A stretch of DNA of 59,382 nucleotides, filler included, from Basidiobolus ranarum (GCA_040143965.1; 7 parts of 7 records of this genome joined end to end with filler, not necessarily neighbours in it); one strand, 5' to 3'. Numbered from the whole stretch's first letter, positions 25,011 through 38,323 are shown. Notes: generated by a model from the sequence alone, not told the origin. Numbers and translations are program-made.

Positions 25011-26120
25011 TCAAAGTATGATATGCATATTTCTGGGCTATTATACCCACGCTGAGGCCCACAAATTCTATGATACTGAAATTTGAAAGTTAATCAAGCC
25101 CAGGGGTGTTTTGTCCAATGAGAATCAAATGATTTTACCCAAAATGACTTGAGATGAAGAAGAAAACCATTTTCTTCTGATCCAATCATTTGCACTGGAT
25201 CAAACCAAAGCAATGAGCATAATAGTATTGGGAAAATATGGGCTGTTTGGAGGAACTTTAGAAAAGTGGAGTTGTGAATAGCTTTTGTGAGATTAATTAT
25301 TTATTGACCAGAAATTATGCATTTATACATTTTGGTGGAAATACAGAAAACTAACACTGGGGTTGTGTTCAGAACATCTGTGGGAGTAAAATGAGCTATC
25401 TTTGGGGCAATTTGGACAAGTTTGAAATTNNNNNNNNNNNNNNNNNNNNNNNNNNNNNNNNNNNNNNNNNNNNTTAATTAATTAANNNNNNNNNNNNNNN
25501 NNNNNNNNNNNNNNNNNNNNNNNNNNNNNTCTCATCCGCCTCACCTGTACAGGAATCATCCTTCTTTACTGACCATCTCTTTACTGGTACCGTCTATTAT
25601 ATTCTTCGGCTATGATCTATACTTGCAACTAAACAATGAGTAATATATAGAACATACACCTCATGTGTCTCCCCGAAGACATCATTTCAGTCCAATCACT
25701 AGTCCTACGTCACATCACACCCATGACAAACAAAGTAGGCCAATTCCACATCCACCAACATTCGGCCTTCGCTATGAAGATAATTGGAATGATACTCAGT
25801 CAGAAAATGGTAAATTCAAGCATATTTAGTATATAGCATTCTTCTCTCACTCCCTCTCAATCTAGGCTGGTACAGACATCCGCTACATGGCCCCTACTGT
25901 ACTGATGATTCCATGGTACTTTCATAAACTCCAAGCTAATAATATTTAAACTAGTGCTAATTACACATATATCATCAATCTCTAGATTATATGGGAACAG
26001 TTTCGGCAGGTCTATTTTCATTTAGAAAATACTGTAGCCCCATACAGATCAGGATATCCTGGATTTTACACTGTCATAGAGTTATGTCAAGCACATTCAG
26101 AGCTTTTCAAAGTTCCGTTA

Positions 26121-26567
26121 GTGGAGTATAACCGGTTCCATCAGATTTGTCAAATAGGTAATCAGATGGCGAATGCTTCTGGTGGCATCTTTGTTTTCCG
26201 AAGAAACTTCAATCAACCCAACTCCGAGCCATTGGTTCGATATGAAATCAGTAGTCATGTACCACATTCCACTCGATTTGTAGTTGCACCCTCATTTATG
26301 GACTTGGGCAGACAATCACAGCATCATTCCTGGCCATACATAAGTGCTGAAAACAGTGGCTTCTGCATGCCACCACCACAACTGCAACCGACGATGCAAT
26401 ATCAAGCACAACTAAATCACATTATGAAGGATTCACCTTCCGTCCCAAACTCCATTTTCCACCTAAGGCAATCATATTTCCAGCAACCAGGCTATGAACA
26501 CCAGAATCTGGACGCATCCAATCACTCGCCAACTCGAGACATAGCCGTCAAGAGTGCGTTGTCTTGA
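26121..26567 (+). CDS. Possible exon of a Q/P/S-rich hypothetical protein
   Basis: 148-codon open frame (first ATG 26166) with low-complexity composition; no domain recognised and gene structure unresolved. Confidence 0.3.
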   Translation: MEYNRFHQICQIGNQMANASGGIFVFRRNFNQPNSEPLVRYEISSHVPHSTRFVVAPSFMDLGRQSQHHSWPYISAENSGFCMPPPQLQPTMQYQAQLNHIMKDSPSVPNSIFHLRQSYFQQPGYEHQNLDASNHSPTRDIAVKSALS

Positions 26568-27519
26568 AGATCTTTAGACAATCCCAGACTATACTTGATC
26601 ACATTTGAATTGTATGAGTGCAAATCGAGAGTCTTTATGGTGTTCATTCACTCTCCGTACACCATGTCTTATGAGTTAGTAAATAATCAGTGTTATGTAG
26701 TACATGAGTGGCATGCCTTAAAGATTTATTGATTAAAGAATACAGTTGCAAGTCCCAAGAACGTTTTACGCAAAAAAAGGAATTTCACATGTGTGAAACC
26801 TTGAAAGCACTTTGGTAAACCTGAATACCAAAACACTTGGGGTTGATGTCAAATTAAGCTTCTGAGAAACGCGCACTGTATAGTATAATTGTGGATTCTT
26901 TTAGAAATCCCATAGTTGCTCCTTAATAACCCAAGCTGTTGCTGACCCTGGTTTTCAATCACCATTGGACAGACTTTTCATTAGGAGAGGATTGTTTGAC
27001 AGGTTTAGAAATATAGCCCAACTCGGCAATAAATGACAAGAAACCCAGTCTGGTTGAAGGCTCAGTAGTTTAAATTCCTCAGAGAAATGACTAGCAATCT
27101 CCATAATGGATCATTGTACAAGTCACACGAACACCAAATGAGTCACCTAAAATGCACCCTGCCATTTACGTAACATGCAGGTTTCCTGAGGTTTCACGAT
27201 ACCACTTGACCATATATTAGTGGTACATTAATTCCCTGAAAGATAAGGAATTGTTTACTTTATACTAATAACATGCTGACTTTACCAATTCATCCCCAAT
27301 ACCATCTAATCACCACAGTTACCTTTTAAGGGTTTAGCTCTCACTGCAGCAAAAGCTGGATTCATACTCGTCAATTCGGCCATTCTGGTTTCAGAATCGA
27401 AGTTATAATCTTCCAAGCGACACTATATAAGGCTCTATCTAGAGAGAAAATTCATTTATCGAACGATTCTGGTTGTGACATTTTATTATCACTAAATCGT
27501 ATTATATATACCATTCAAT

Positions 27520-27681
27520 ATGAACCTCAACTACATTTCTCTGATTCTCAGCTTCACCATTGCCTCACAAGCTTTAGCAATTCCCAAGCGGTCTACTAGC
27601 TCTAACGCACCCGGCCTGCAGAATTTGCAGGAAACAATTGATCGTGAACTGGAGTTTGAATTTGCAAGCTGGACTTACTGA
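27520..27681 (+). CDS. Small secreted peptide precursor, 53 aa (below the ORF-track cutoff)
   Basis: MNLNYISLILSFTIASQALA-IPKR-STSSNAPGLQNLQETIDRELEFEFASWTY*; signal peptide ending A-L-A, dibasic KR, TATATAA at 27424-27430. Confidence 0.65.
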   Translation: MNLNYISLILSFTIASQALAIPKRSTSSNAPGLQNLQETIDRELEFEFASWTY

Positions 27682-28699
27682 GATAATGACTTTTTTAATT
27701 TTTGCTGGTCAAAAGATAAACTACTGGCTGGCTGGCAGTGACATTGCTTGCAATAATACGTTTCTATTCTACAACTTCGTTTGACTTTCTCCCCCTCTCT
27801 TCCTACAGACTTCAAGCAAGTACTTCGCCGCGCAATGTTCTCTTTCACATGTATATAGTACCTTTAACATAAATAACTTCTTATCATGTCATTGCTTACA
27901 AATGACATATCCCCCACCAAAACTTCGGTTCGGATTAAACCATTACCACGTAGCTTATAACCTTCGCTACGCAACCAAGCACTCATATCAGCACACCTTG
28001 AGGAATCATCCATACTATTAGCTGACCTCTGCAAAGAAATAAAATCTGGTGAACTTTTCTAGCAATCATAGATGTAAAATTATCCTCCAAAAATCGATTT
28101 GTACCACACAAATAGATTTTAAGTAAATATTCGAGATCAGGATCTTTCTTACCATCTATTATACAGAAACTCAATAGGATCGTCAGTTGAGACTTCTACT
28201 GACTTTTTGAGCCAGATAGTGAAATGATATCGGATAATATAGTTCAAAATATATACGATTCAATTCCGTACTATCAGACAATTCCAATGAATTTTAATCC
28301 AATCTATGAAGCCAAATTCCGAATATTCTCGGCCATGATAAGTTTTGGGAATGGATTCCCCGAGTATCAGTCACACATCAATTTTCGTTAGGATACTAAA
28401 TATCCTGAATGTATCAAGGATTTTTTAAATTGGAAGAAGTTGCCAAGTGTTAGCTGATGATACTGCAAAGAGCTTAACATATTGTGCATGATGGTAGAAA
28501 AAATACTACAAATATTTACCAAGCGGTAGAAAAACGAAATGTACAATTCATAATACTAAACATACAGAACAGTTTCAACTTAAAGAATAATTTAATGAAG
28601 CTGCGAATTTGCTTCCTCCAGCAGAGAACAAACGTGACAGCGAATTTGGAACGAAAGGGAATGAAGTTAAAAACCAAATTCGAAATCGAATAAGATAAT

Positions 28700-29124
28700 T
28701 TAACTAAAAACAACGGCTTTTGGGTCTAAGGGCATTCCAGTGGCAGGATCTATGTTGTTACTTTTAAATTTCAGCTGTTGTCTAATCACTCTAGCTTCGT
28801 CAAAAGTGCAACCATGCTTTTTCATGATTTTCTGAATTTCCTCGCTATCTAGACCAGGCCGAGAGTCTCCACTCTCAATATTTTGCATGATATCGAAGTT
28901 TTCACTATTCAAACCGTTCTCTAAATCTTCAAGAAAGGTTCCGGTACCTAAACGACGATATCCTCGTTTAATAAGAATTCGACGAACCAAATAGAGTGCT
29001 ATTTCACGATAGGTTTTATTGTCCAAAATATTAGCTATATAAACAAATATGATTGTGTAGTATCTGTATATTTACCTAAGATGATAACCGGCAAAGCCAG
29101 AAAAAATAGTTGTATTTTCAACAT
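28700..29124 (-). CDS. DUF2015/UPF0357 (YCL012C-like) fungal protein, 2 exons, 115 aa
   Basis: Intron 29075-28999; hydrophobic N-terminus then FLEDLENGLNSENFDI...DSRPGLD...FDEAR...GMPLDPKAVVFS. Confidence 0.8.
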
Positions 29125-29626
29125 TTATACTCCGTGCTTGGTAATGAGATTGACTTTTATTGAAGAGTATGAAGGATGCTGAGTAAGGTACGGTAGCAAA
29201 ATAAAACTAATATAAAGTGTTGGAAGGGAGCGGTCCAAGCTTGAGTTGTTATGATGGTAGTGAGCGAATAGCTGATTATTTATGAAAGAATAAACTATTT
29301 GGCCGATAAATGAAACTGAAGAAACCTGCTGATTCGATCTAGCTTGGCATTCATTCCAAACTACTCATAGGGAAAAGAAAAGTACGGCTAAATGTTTCGA
29401 GAGTTCTTGACACATACGATATATGATATATAAGGTGTTTCTAGATTGAACTTGATCATGAGCTGGCGAATTTCTCAATTGGTGTATGAAATAATTTTTT
29501 TATCCGGAAAGAGTCATGTGATGTTGTCGTTTTGATTGGGAGTTGAGAAGGATAATATGAACACCACAAAGCTACGGAAACCTCCTTTTCCCTCTTTAGT
29601 CTTTTCGATATCAAGACGTAATCAAG

Positions 29627-30256
29627 ATGTCTGAACAGGTAAACACCTAGTTCAACTTAATATATAGTTAATAATTAAACCGTTTAATGTAAAAATCTGG
29701 ATGGATTCAATGCAACTTAATTTCGATTCACTCTGACATTCATGTTGTCTCTTCACACAACGGCATTACGATCACTTTACTGACTTGATTATACACAACA
29801 AAATAGATTGAGAAAGCTTTCCAAAAGCAAGGTGGTATTTTCCAAAACGCTAAGGTTATCGGAACCAAGAAGTCCCGCAACCTTCGCTGGTATAAAGACG
29901 TCGGCCTTGGTTTCAAGACCCCCAAAGAAGCTATTGAGGGTACCTATATTGATAAGAAATGCCCTTTCACTGGTGACATCAGTATCCGTGGTCGTATCCT
30001 ATCAGGTGTTGTCATCTCCACCAAAATGAAGAACACCCTTATCATTCGTCGTGAATACCTTCATTACATTCCCAAGTATAACCGTTACGAAAAGCGTCAC
30101 AAGAACCTTGCCGCTCACGTATCCCCCTGTTTCCGTGTCGAGAACGGTGATGTTGTAACCGTTGGTCAATGCCGTCCTTTGTCCAAGACTGTTCGTTTCA
30201 ACGTCCTTAAGGTTCAAAAGAAGTCCCAAGGCAGCAAGCAATTCACTAAATTTTAA
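29627..30256 (+). CDS. RPS11: 40S ribosomal protein S11 (uS17), 2 exons, 153 aa
   Basis: MSEQ, intron 29639-29806, then IEKAFQKQ...DVGLGFKTP...DKKCPFTG...[11 protein letters not shown]...[15 protein letters not shown]. Confidence 0.97.
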
Positions 30257-30506
30257 ATCTAACCTAGCAACTGTTTGCGCGCAAAAACCTAATAAATAAT
30301 GATCATTTCACCATCACTATCCATCCATCCGTTTTATCAGAATATAGATATTTACGTGACGTATCTAGTTTTATGTGCATCATGTGAGCTATATGAATAA
30401 GATCTGAATGGATTGATTGCTTTCCTCATGACTAATTATTACATATCTCTGCTAAGCCACCTGGATGATAGTCATATTTGCAGACTAATTCATCCATTTC
30501 CCTAAA

Positions 30507-31824
30507 ATGAGTGGACAGCTAGGTGCCGTTCTTGCTTTAACTTTGGCTATTCTCACTTATTATTATTGCCAACACGAAAGCAACATGCTGTCTATCACCT
30601 CTAAAGTAAAATTAAATAACGGAAATACTATACCACAATTTGGTTTGGGTGTATACCAAGCAAAGCCCGGGGAAGTGGCCGAAAATGCAGTGCTAATAGC
30701 CTTGAAGGTTGTTCATTAATACTAAGCTAGTAGATTTAAGAAGTATGCAAACCTTATGGATATTTAGACTGGATATAGATTCATCGATACCGCAGCTGGA
30801 TACAGGAATGAAAAGGATGTCGGAGAAGCTCTAAAAAAAAGGTTACATGTGACAATCTATAAAGCGATATCACTTTTTTCTACCACTTTTCTAATGCTCA
30901 GTATATTGTTACATTTAGTGGTATTCCTCGTGAAGAGGTAATGGCGCTTGACGAGTTTTTGCTTACAATGCTGTTCACTCTGAATATGCATTTAAAATAA
31001 TTATCTGACTTGATTTATTTGATAGGTTTTTATTTCAACAAAAGTAAACAATTGTGACCAAGGTTATAAAAAGACTCTGGCAGCATTCAACAATAGTATG
31101 GAGCAATTAGGCTTGGACTATCTAGACCTTTACTTATTGCATTCGCCAAACCCTGGTCCAAGAAAAAGAAAAGAAAGTTGGTTAGCTCTGGAAGAGTTGG
31201 TGAAGAAAGGACTTATTCGTAACATTGGTAATATTGGCCGTCATATCGAGCCTATTGTGATAACTAATTGTTCCATGTTTCTAGGAGTCTCTAATTATGG
31301 CAAACATCACCTAGATGAATTGTTAGAGTATTGCACAATCAAGCCAGTAGTAAATCAAATTGAAGTATATTTAACACCATTCTCCTATCTTGAGTGACAT
31401 CCCATATCTTATCGGTGATTTTCTTCAGATTCACCCTTGGTTAACACGAGTCGAATTGGTGGAATATTGCAGGAAATTAAATATTGCTGTTGAAGCATAT
31501 TCACCACTGGCTAAAGGAAAAAAATTGGATGACGAAAGATTATTGAATCTTGCGCGTAAATACTCCAAAGAGCCAGCACAGATCCTGCTGAGATGGTCGC
31601 TTCAACATGGCTATATTGTGTTTCCCAAATCTGACAGAGAGGAAAGAATAAAAACCAATGCAGATATATTTAACTTCGAGCTAGACAACGATGACATGAA
31701 AGTATTGGATGACTGCGATGAATACTTCACGACAGGTAGGTTAATCGCAAACTCCTCTCGTAAAGATGCTTTTCTAAACTCTTTTATATATTTCATAGGC
31801 TGGGACCCTACCAAAAACCCATAA
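30507..31824 (+). CDS. Aldo-keto reductase (AKR5/2,5-DKG-reductase-like), 7 exons
   Basis: Introns 30708-30767, 30842-30918, 30938-31025, 31228-31284, 31365-31428, 31736-31798; motifs GLGVY, GYRFIDTA..Y.NE, STK, LDLYLLHSP, IGVSNY, NQIEIHP, AYSPL; alternative start at 30585. Confidence 0.93.
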
Positions 31825-33219
31825 TCAACATGCGATAATGGGCGTTTTTCTCTTTTCTTCATTTCCACTAAATAAATTGCCTGACTACGTATATACAATA
31901 ATATTTGCAGTATCGCAGACGATTTCGACGAAAGACTCGACGTGTATATAAAGCCTGGATTCAAGTATGAGTAGCTTGAGCTCTAATGGAACCATCGAAA
32001 CTGGCGATTTGTTATTAATACAGAGCAGATGGAAATCATTATTTTCATAAATTACTTCGCATGCCAAAGTAGATACGGAAGTGGAGGCTTTTGGAGATCT
32101 TTGAGAGGTAAATACAGATCATATGGAACTCTAGGTTTTAATTGACAATATATCCTGATTGCGTGAGTAATATTGAGAGATCGTCTAAAAGATTATGGAG
32201 TAATAGCAGCGGTCACAAATAGCATAAATGAGGAAACCAGTGAGAAAAATAATATAATCACTGTTTCATTGTGTAACTGGAACGGCAGTACTTCAGACAA
32301 TCCACCCAAAGCGTTTCTAAGCCACTTTCATTCCAAAGCTTGAGCTTACTGTTTCAAATGTATCCTGCATCACGATACATTTTTCCCCAGTATGTACAAA
32401 TATAATAGCCCACCATCGTAGCAATAAAATTTGGTTGCTAAAGAACGTCCTTTGCATATGTTATTAACATCAGTGTTAGACCGCACATAGCTTTGTAAAA
32501 AGAATGTACAATAACTGATGTCTGTACGCACCAATCGGAGGTCATGATGATGAGGTGTTCTTTAATTAATCAAAGTTCTTGATCGAAAGTTCATCTATCA
32601 AGAATCCATATTTGTTCACCAATACAGCATTTGTGTACAAAATAAAACAGTGCGAATCCAAGGCTTGTGAAATCAAATCCAGATAAGGTAAACTGTAAAA
32701 ACCAGCAGTATGTCGGCCGTGACGCGGTCGTTTAATCCTTTGTATTTAACAAGTGGACAAATAGCTTCCTGGAAATCGGCATTGGCATGGATGACATTGT
32801 TATTGACATACGGGTCGCAAAATTACCGCAATCTTTGCTAAGCGGAGATTTCAGGAGTCAGCATTGGCGAGAGATATTCATCCATTATTTGGATCTAATA
32901 CAATAAAATTTAGTAATAAACTGGGAGAGTTCGAAATACCCTATTACGAACAACCAACCATTCAAGGAATATTAGTCCAATACGCAGATGTTTTCAGATA
33001 CATGATTACGTATACAGCTACGAAGATGACAAAGTATCAGGGTTTGCTTGTCTGGATTTACGCGGGGCTCCTTTTTATACGAATCTTTGAGGTCATTAAA
33101 TTCTTACTTCGACTATAAATACTGGGCTCTGCTCGTCATGTAGTAGACAAGGTTCACTAAAATTTGAACGTATCGTGCAGCTTATATCTAATAGACTTCG
33201 TTGATCTACTCATTTCCCA

Positions 33220-33924
33220 ATGGCTTTCCGTGTTATATCTCGTACGGTGGCTCCAGCTAGCCAAATTCGTGCTTTAAGTGCTACACTATTAGGAACTTCT
33301 CGTAACTCAATGATGCGTTCTGCAGTTCGCGGTTATTCCACCGGCCCTGCTAAGAAAAGCGGCTCCAGTCCTATGCTCTGGGCTCTAGCATTTGCTGGTG
33401 CCGGTGTTGCCGGATACTACATGATGTCGCCCCCTGGTAAAGTAGCTCCTTTCTCATCACCCAAGAGTAATCCAGGGGTGAATGTAGAGACGAAGCAAAA
33501 AAATAACCTGGATTATCAGGCTATCTATAACGATATAGCTGAACTTCTTGAAGATAATGACTACGATGACGGCTCTTTCGCTCCAGTTTTGCTCCGTTTG
33601 GCTTGGCATGCTTCGGGAACTTACAATAAAGCTGATGGTAGTGGAGGTTCAAATGGCGCTACTATGAGGTTCCGACCTGAGGCTGAGCATGGTGGCAATG
33701 CTGGATTAGGGGTTGCTCGTGAAAAGTTAGAGGCAATCAAGAAGAAATATCCCGATATTAGTTACTCTGATTTATGGTCATTGGCTGGCGTCGTGGCAGT
33801 CCAAGAAATGAGTGGTCCAACTATTCCCTGGAGACCTGGCCGTACTGACAAACTCTCACTTAAAGATTGCACTCCTGATGGTAGATTACCTGATGGAGCT
33901 AAGGATGCTCGTCATATCCGCGAT
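33220..33924 (+). CDS. CCP1: Mitochondrial cytochrome c peroxidase, 3'-truncated by contig end
   Basis: Arg/Ser-rich presequence plus TM, then [44 protein letters not shown]. Confidence 0.93.
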
Positions 33925-34518
33925 NNNNNNNNNNNNNNNNNNNNNNNNNNNNNNNNNNNNNNNNNNNNTTAATTAATTAANNNNNNNNNNNNNNNNNNNN
34001 NNNNNNNNNNNNNNNNNNNNNNNNTTTGAATCAGAAGGCCGAGGACTTGATTAGCAGACGTTTAAAATACTCTGAAAGGCACGGTACAAATGAAGGTACA
34101 AATGAAGAAAGCTTTGATAGTTAGCTAAATTGAATGATCAAATATCGTCCATATGTGCTCCCCCTCCCCTCTTTCTCTCTCTTTTTCACAACCCCAGGTT
34201 CAACCTGAACGTCCATATATCCACCAGTATTCAATTGAAGGTCCTCTAATTAAAAGTATCCTTAATGAAGAAAAGACGCGCTAAATACAAATATCAATAC
34301 ACTAACTTAGCTTTATTGAATCTAAAAAGAATGTATTGCTAATTATTGTATCTATCGCAATAAGGGAAAGTAAAAATTCCCCAATATTTTTATCGATGGA
34401 GAGATATTTAACATATATATGTAGTTAAAGAACAAAGTGACTATAAAAATAGTCGATATTGTCACACGCGAGTTTGAACTTTGTTTGAGGGAGATTTTCT
34501 TTTTTTGAAAAGATCTCG

Positions 34519-34917
34519 TTACTGTTCCATTTCCTCTTCTACACCACGGATGTACAATACGTTATTACATCTAAAATTCAAGGGAATATTAATAAGTCAA
34601 CTTCAAAAATCTTATGGTAAGAGTGTAGTATATATAGAATGAATATATCACCTGATCAAGACTTCTCCGAGGGCACCAGTGGAAGCTCCATCGGTGAACT
34701 CCTCGGTATTTGCTAGCTGAATGTTCATGTATGAATCTACTGAAACCAAGAAACCTTTATATTCAGTACCCCATTTGAGGTGAACAATTACGGGCTTTCC
34801 GGTGAGCTCTTGTAAATAAGGACGTGGATTAACTGGTTGAAACTATATTTTAATCATAAAGTTTAGTTATGAAGTGATTGAAATGGTAGTTAAAGTATTT
34901 CTTTTTACCGAAGCCAT
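34519..34917 (-). CDS. SMX3: Small nuclear ribonucleoprotein Sm-F, 3 exons, 83 aa
   Basis: Introns 34908-34843 and 34651-34571; [51 protein letters not shown]...[14 protein letters not shown]. Confidence 0.95.
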
Positions 34918-35233
34918 GGTCTATGATATTGGTGGATTGAAGCAACCTTTGGTGTATTATAAACGTATATAGATGTATGTATAATTTTCCAAATTTTACT
35001 AGTAAAAAAATGGATGAATTTTGAAAAGGATTTCTTATTATTATTGAAATCCTAATTTCTAAAGAAAAAAATTCCCCTCTCAATGTTGAGTTAATATAAT
35101 CATAGACAATATAGATGGTTAAATACTACAACACAATTATATTTATGTGAATATCCATGTTTTAATAGGTGCTATTGTTGGCCATTAATGAATATCAACA
35201 TATCTGTATATAACAAAGGAGGTATGATGCGAA

Positions 35234-35899
35234 CTAAATCGTATTGATAGATATCTCAGAGTGTGTAGTTGCTGTTAGGGAAGAGTTTTCCGAGTCAGTA
35301 AAATTATCTGGGGGCAGACTTTTCTCACACAACCTCTCCAGTATATTTCTAATCTCATCAAGTTTACCTAGACTAAGTTCTTCTATGGCAAGCGAGTCTT
35401 CCCAATGTTGAAATAATTGAATAGTTCTCTTCCAGTCCAATTTTTGATAGTTCTTCACTTCACCGAGTTCTTCGCCGTATCTCCACCAGTATCTTTTCCA
35501 ATTTTCTCCCAAAACAGTGACGAATTTCTTTCGTTTTAGTTGATATCTTTCATTATGGGTAGAAATGGAGAAACAGCCTTCTTCGTGTAAGCCAAATGAA
35601 TGAGGGGACTTAATGATTGATATAGTTATGGAGGTTAATAGGGTAAATCTCGTGGAGATACTTATTTCTGGGGAATTAGCGCGTTCATACCAAGCGATTA
35701 GTTCGTCAGGTTCCCGAGTGATACGTGGTTTTTGGTTGGGACTTTCAGTAGAATAAAGTATCAACTGACGTATATCTGAATGTCTATAGCTCGCTTTAAG
35801 TAGTAACCTTTCTAACTGACTACGAGATAGCTTGGTAATTTGATTGGATAGTTGGTAGTTTAGAAATAGGGATTTGGCATTTTCGTCCGGTAACTCCAT
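35234..35899 (-). CDS. Hypothetical protein, 221 aa
   Basis: ATG-initiated 666-nt ORF in AT-rich context; no recognised domain. Confidence 0.55.
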   Translation of the reverse strand: MELPDENAKSLFLNYQLSNQITKLSRSQLERLLLKASYRHSDIRQLILYSTESPNQKPRITREPDELIAWYERANSPEISISTRFTLLTSITISIIKSPHSFGLHEEGCFSISTHNERYQLKRKKFVTVLGENWKRYWWRYGEELGEVKNYQKLDWKRTIQLFQHWEDSLAIEELSLGKLDEIRNILERLCEKSLPPDNFTDSENSSLTATTHSEISINTI

Positions 35900-37059
35900 A
35901 TAATTTTTATGAATATCTTGGGTATCGGTTTGGAGTAGTAATTTCCAAAAATCAAAAGGTGAAGGATATTCTACACTTTCAATATGGTCTAGCCTGAGAT
36001 TACACCAAAATTCCCTAGTTTATATATCAATACTATTACTTGGTTGAAACTGGCCTAGTGACATACCATTCCCCTTTCATTCAAGTAGATTCAGGTATTT
36101 AATCTTTGTTCAATGATTACAAAACCACTTGACTAATATTAAATAATATTACCAACTGTCACGAGTTTATGTCATTGATTCCACGTTAAATTATCTATTA
36201 TACTTGGGTCTGGAATAGGCTAGTCTAATAGAGTGACAATAGAGGATAATAAATCCACTTATTTGTCCAACAGAGTATATTCTGTAGTCATATATTCAGT
36301 AACCATATGTTCAGTTGTCATTCGGTTGAGTATTTCCTATCTCTTACCTCTTGTAATATTAGGCCATACTTGGGTGATGATACAACTAGACAGACTTACA
36401 TCAAGGGTTATTGGAGATATTGCGAATATATAATTACTAAAGATCGAGAGAAATAGCCCCCATGTGTGGCCCCAAATATAGCATATAATCCTCAACTACT
36501 TCCATTCTGGTTAAATATTTGATGAAAGTAGAAGCGTTATCAAAGTATGAGTGGATAAAGCTATACAGAAAGGTTTAGACTCTATCTCAACAATAGCGTT
36601 GTTGGTGACTTTGTAATAAATCATACGTAATTGCTAGTGTAGAGATGATCTTGACTGAATGTTTAGTTCAATCATTAAGGTAAAGATTTGCACCTCAATT
36701 CAGGAGAATCTATTTAACCTCGAAAACGCCATCTCGGAAGGAATAGATACGTGCAATGGAAGTCATGCCGTGACCATAGAAGTATAGATTATCAAGCCAA
36801 GTCAAGCCAAACCATTCCAATCATATCTATGACTTAGTACAACCAACAATCAATTTCCTCCAAACCTCTTCGCATATCCAATGATTTCTTTAAAGCAGAA
36901 GGATCTTCATTGCAACGTATTTTATAAGTACCAGATAGTCCATATCACTAATCCCAGGCAGCTAATGGTGTCATGGAAGTTAGATGAGTATAAAATAAGC
37001 CCTTCTTAGCTAGCAAGAACAGCATCTCATTTATCAAGTCCATCTCTTTCCAGTTCGCA

Positions 37060-38323
37060 ATGGTTGAATTTCGCATCTTTGCCTTGGGTAGTCTTTTCTT
37101 GACCCTATTGACCATCGGTCTGACTAGGAGTGAAGGGATTGATATCTCCAACCGCTATGTTATCAAGATTAAGAATAGTGCCGATGCCCAACAAGGTAAA
37201 CAATTCAATAGAATCCTATTGAATCCCAATATAGCGACTAATCCAAAGGAATATTTATTTTACAGTGGATCGTTACATAAAAAGTAAACTTGATCAACAT
37301 AATCGCGCTCGGGATATTAATCACTCGGCAAGGAATGAACTGAAAATCAAAATATCTATGGATGATTATTTCGCATACGCTGGTTCTTTGTCCAATTCTC
37401 TTGTTAAAGAATTCCGAAAGAACTCTGATATAGAATACATTGAACCGGAGCAAATATTCACCGCTTCCGCTATTCAGCAAAGTCCACCAAGCTGGGGACT
37501 CGCTAGGATTGCTCAGCGAAAACCGCTCAATGGCACTCAGGTGTATAATTATCCTGACTCCGCAGGGGAGGGAGTTGATGTCTATATCATTGATACTGGG
37601 GTTAGTGTTAAGCATGTTGATTTCGAAGGAAGAGCTACTCTTCCGATCAGTTTCGTGGATGGTGAGGCCACGGAGGATCTCAATGGCCATGGAACTCACG
37701 TATCTGGCACCATTGGAGGTAAAACTTATGGTGTGGCTAAGAAGGTAAGACTCATTGGTGTGAAGGTATTGGGTGGTGATGGTAGTGGCACCACCTCTGG
37801 TGTCATATCTGGAATTGATTGGGTAGCTAACCAAGCCAAGTCGACTGGACGTAAAAGCGTAGCTAACATGTCATTAGGAGGGGGTAACAGTGATGCTCTT
37901 AACGATGCCATTACCGCAGCTGTCAAAGCAGGTGTCAGCTTTATTGTAGCAGCTGGTAATGAAAGTCAAGATGCATGTAATGTCTCCCCGGCCAATGGAG
38001 CATCAGCATTTGCGGTTGGTGCAACCACTATCACTGATGCCGAAGCAGACTTTAGTAACTTTGGAAAGTGCGTCAAGATATTTGCACCCGGAGTGGATAT
38101 CACTTCGGCTTGGATTGGTAGTGAGACTGCTACCAACAAGATTTCCGGTACAAGTATGGCTAGTCCACATGTTGCTGGAATTGCTGCATTGTACCTGTCA
38201 CAAAAATCGATCCAGACCCCGAGTGATCTATACTCTGCGTTAGTCTCTCATGCAACCAAAGACGTCATCACTGGATTGAGTAAAGATACTCTTAACCTTT
38301 TGGCTTACAACTCAGTGGAATGA
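37060..38323 (+). CDS. Secreted subtilisin-like serine protease (S8A, proteinase K type) with I9 prodomain, 2 exons
   Basis: Signal peptide; intron 37196-37265; catalytic IIDTG, HGTHV and GTSMASPHV motifs; TATAAAA near 36989. Confidence 0.96.

Noticed and set aside
29639-29806. snoRNA in the long RPS11 intron
   Set aside because: CTGA is present but there is no convincing RTGATGA C box or terminal stem
31885-33118. Possible gene between AKR and CCP1
   Set aside because: Only short frames on both strands; no consistent splice model or recognisable domain
34026-34124. C-terminal end of a gene at a contig start (LNQKAEDLISRR...SFDS*)
   Set aside because: Too short to identify; not the continuation of CCP1 because it is a different contig
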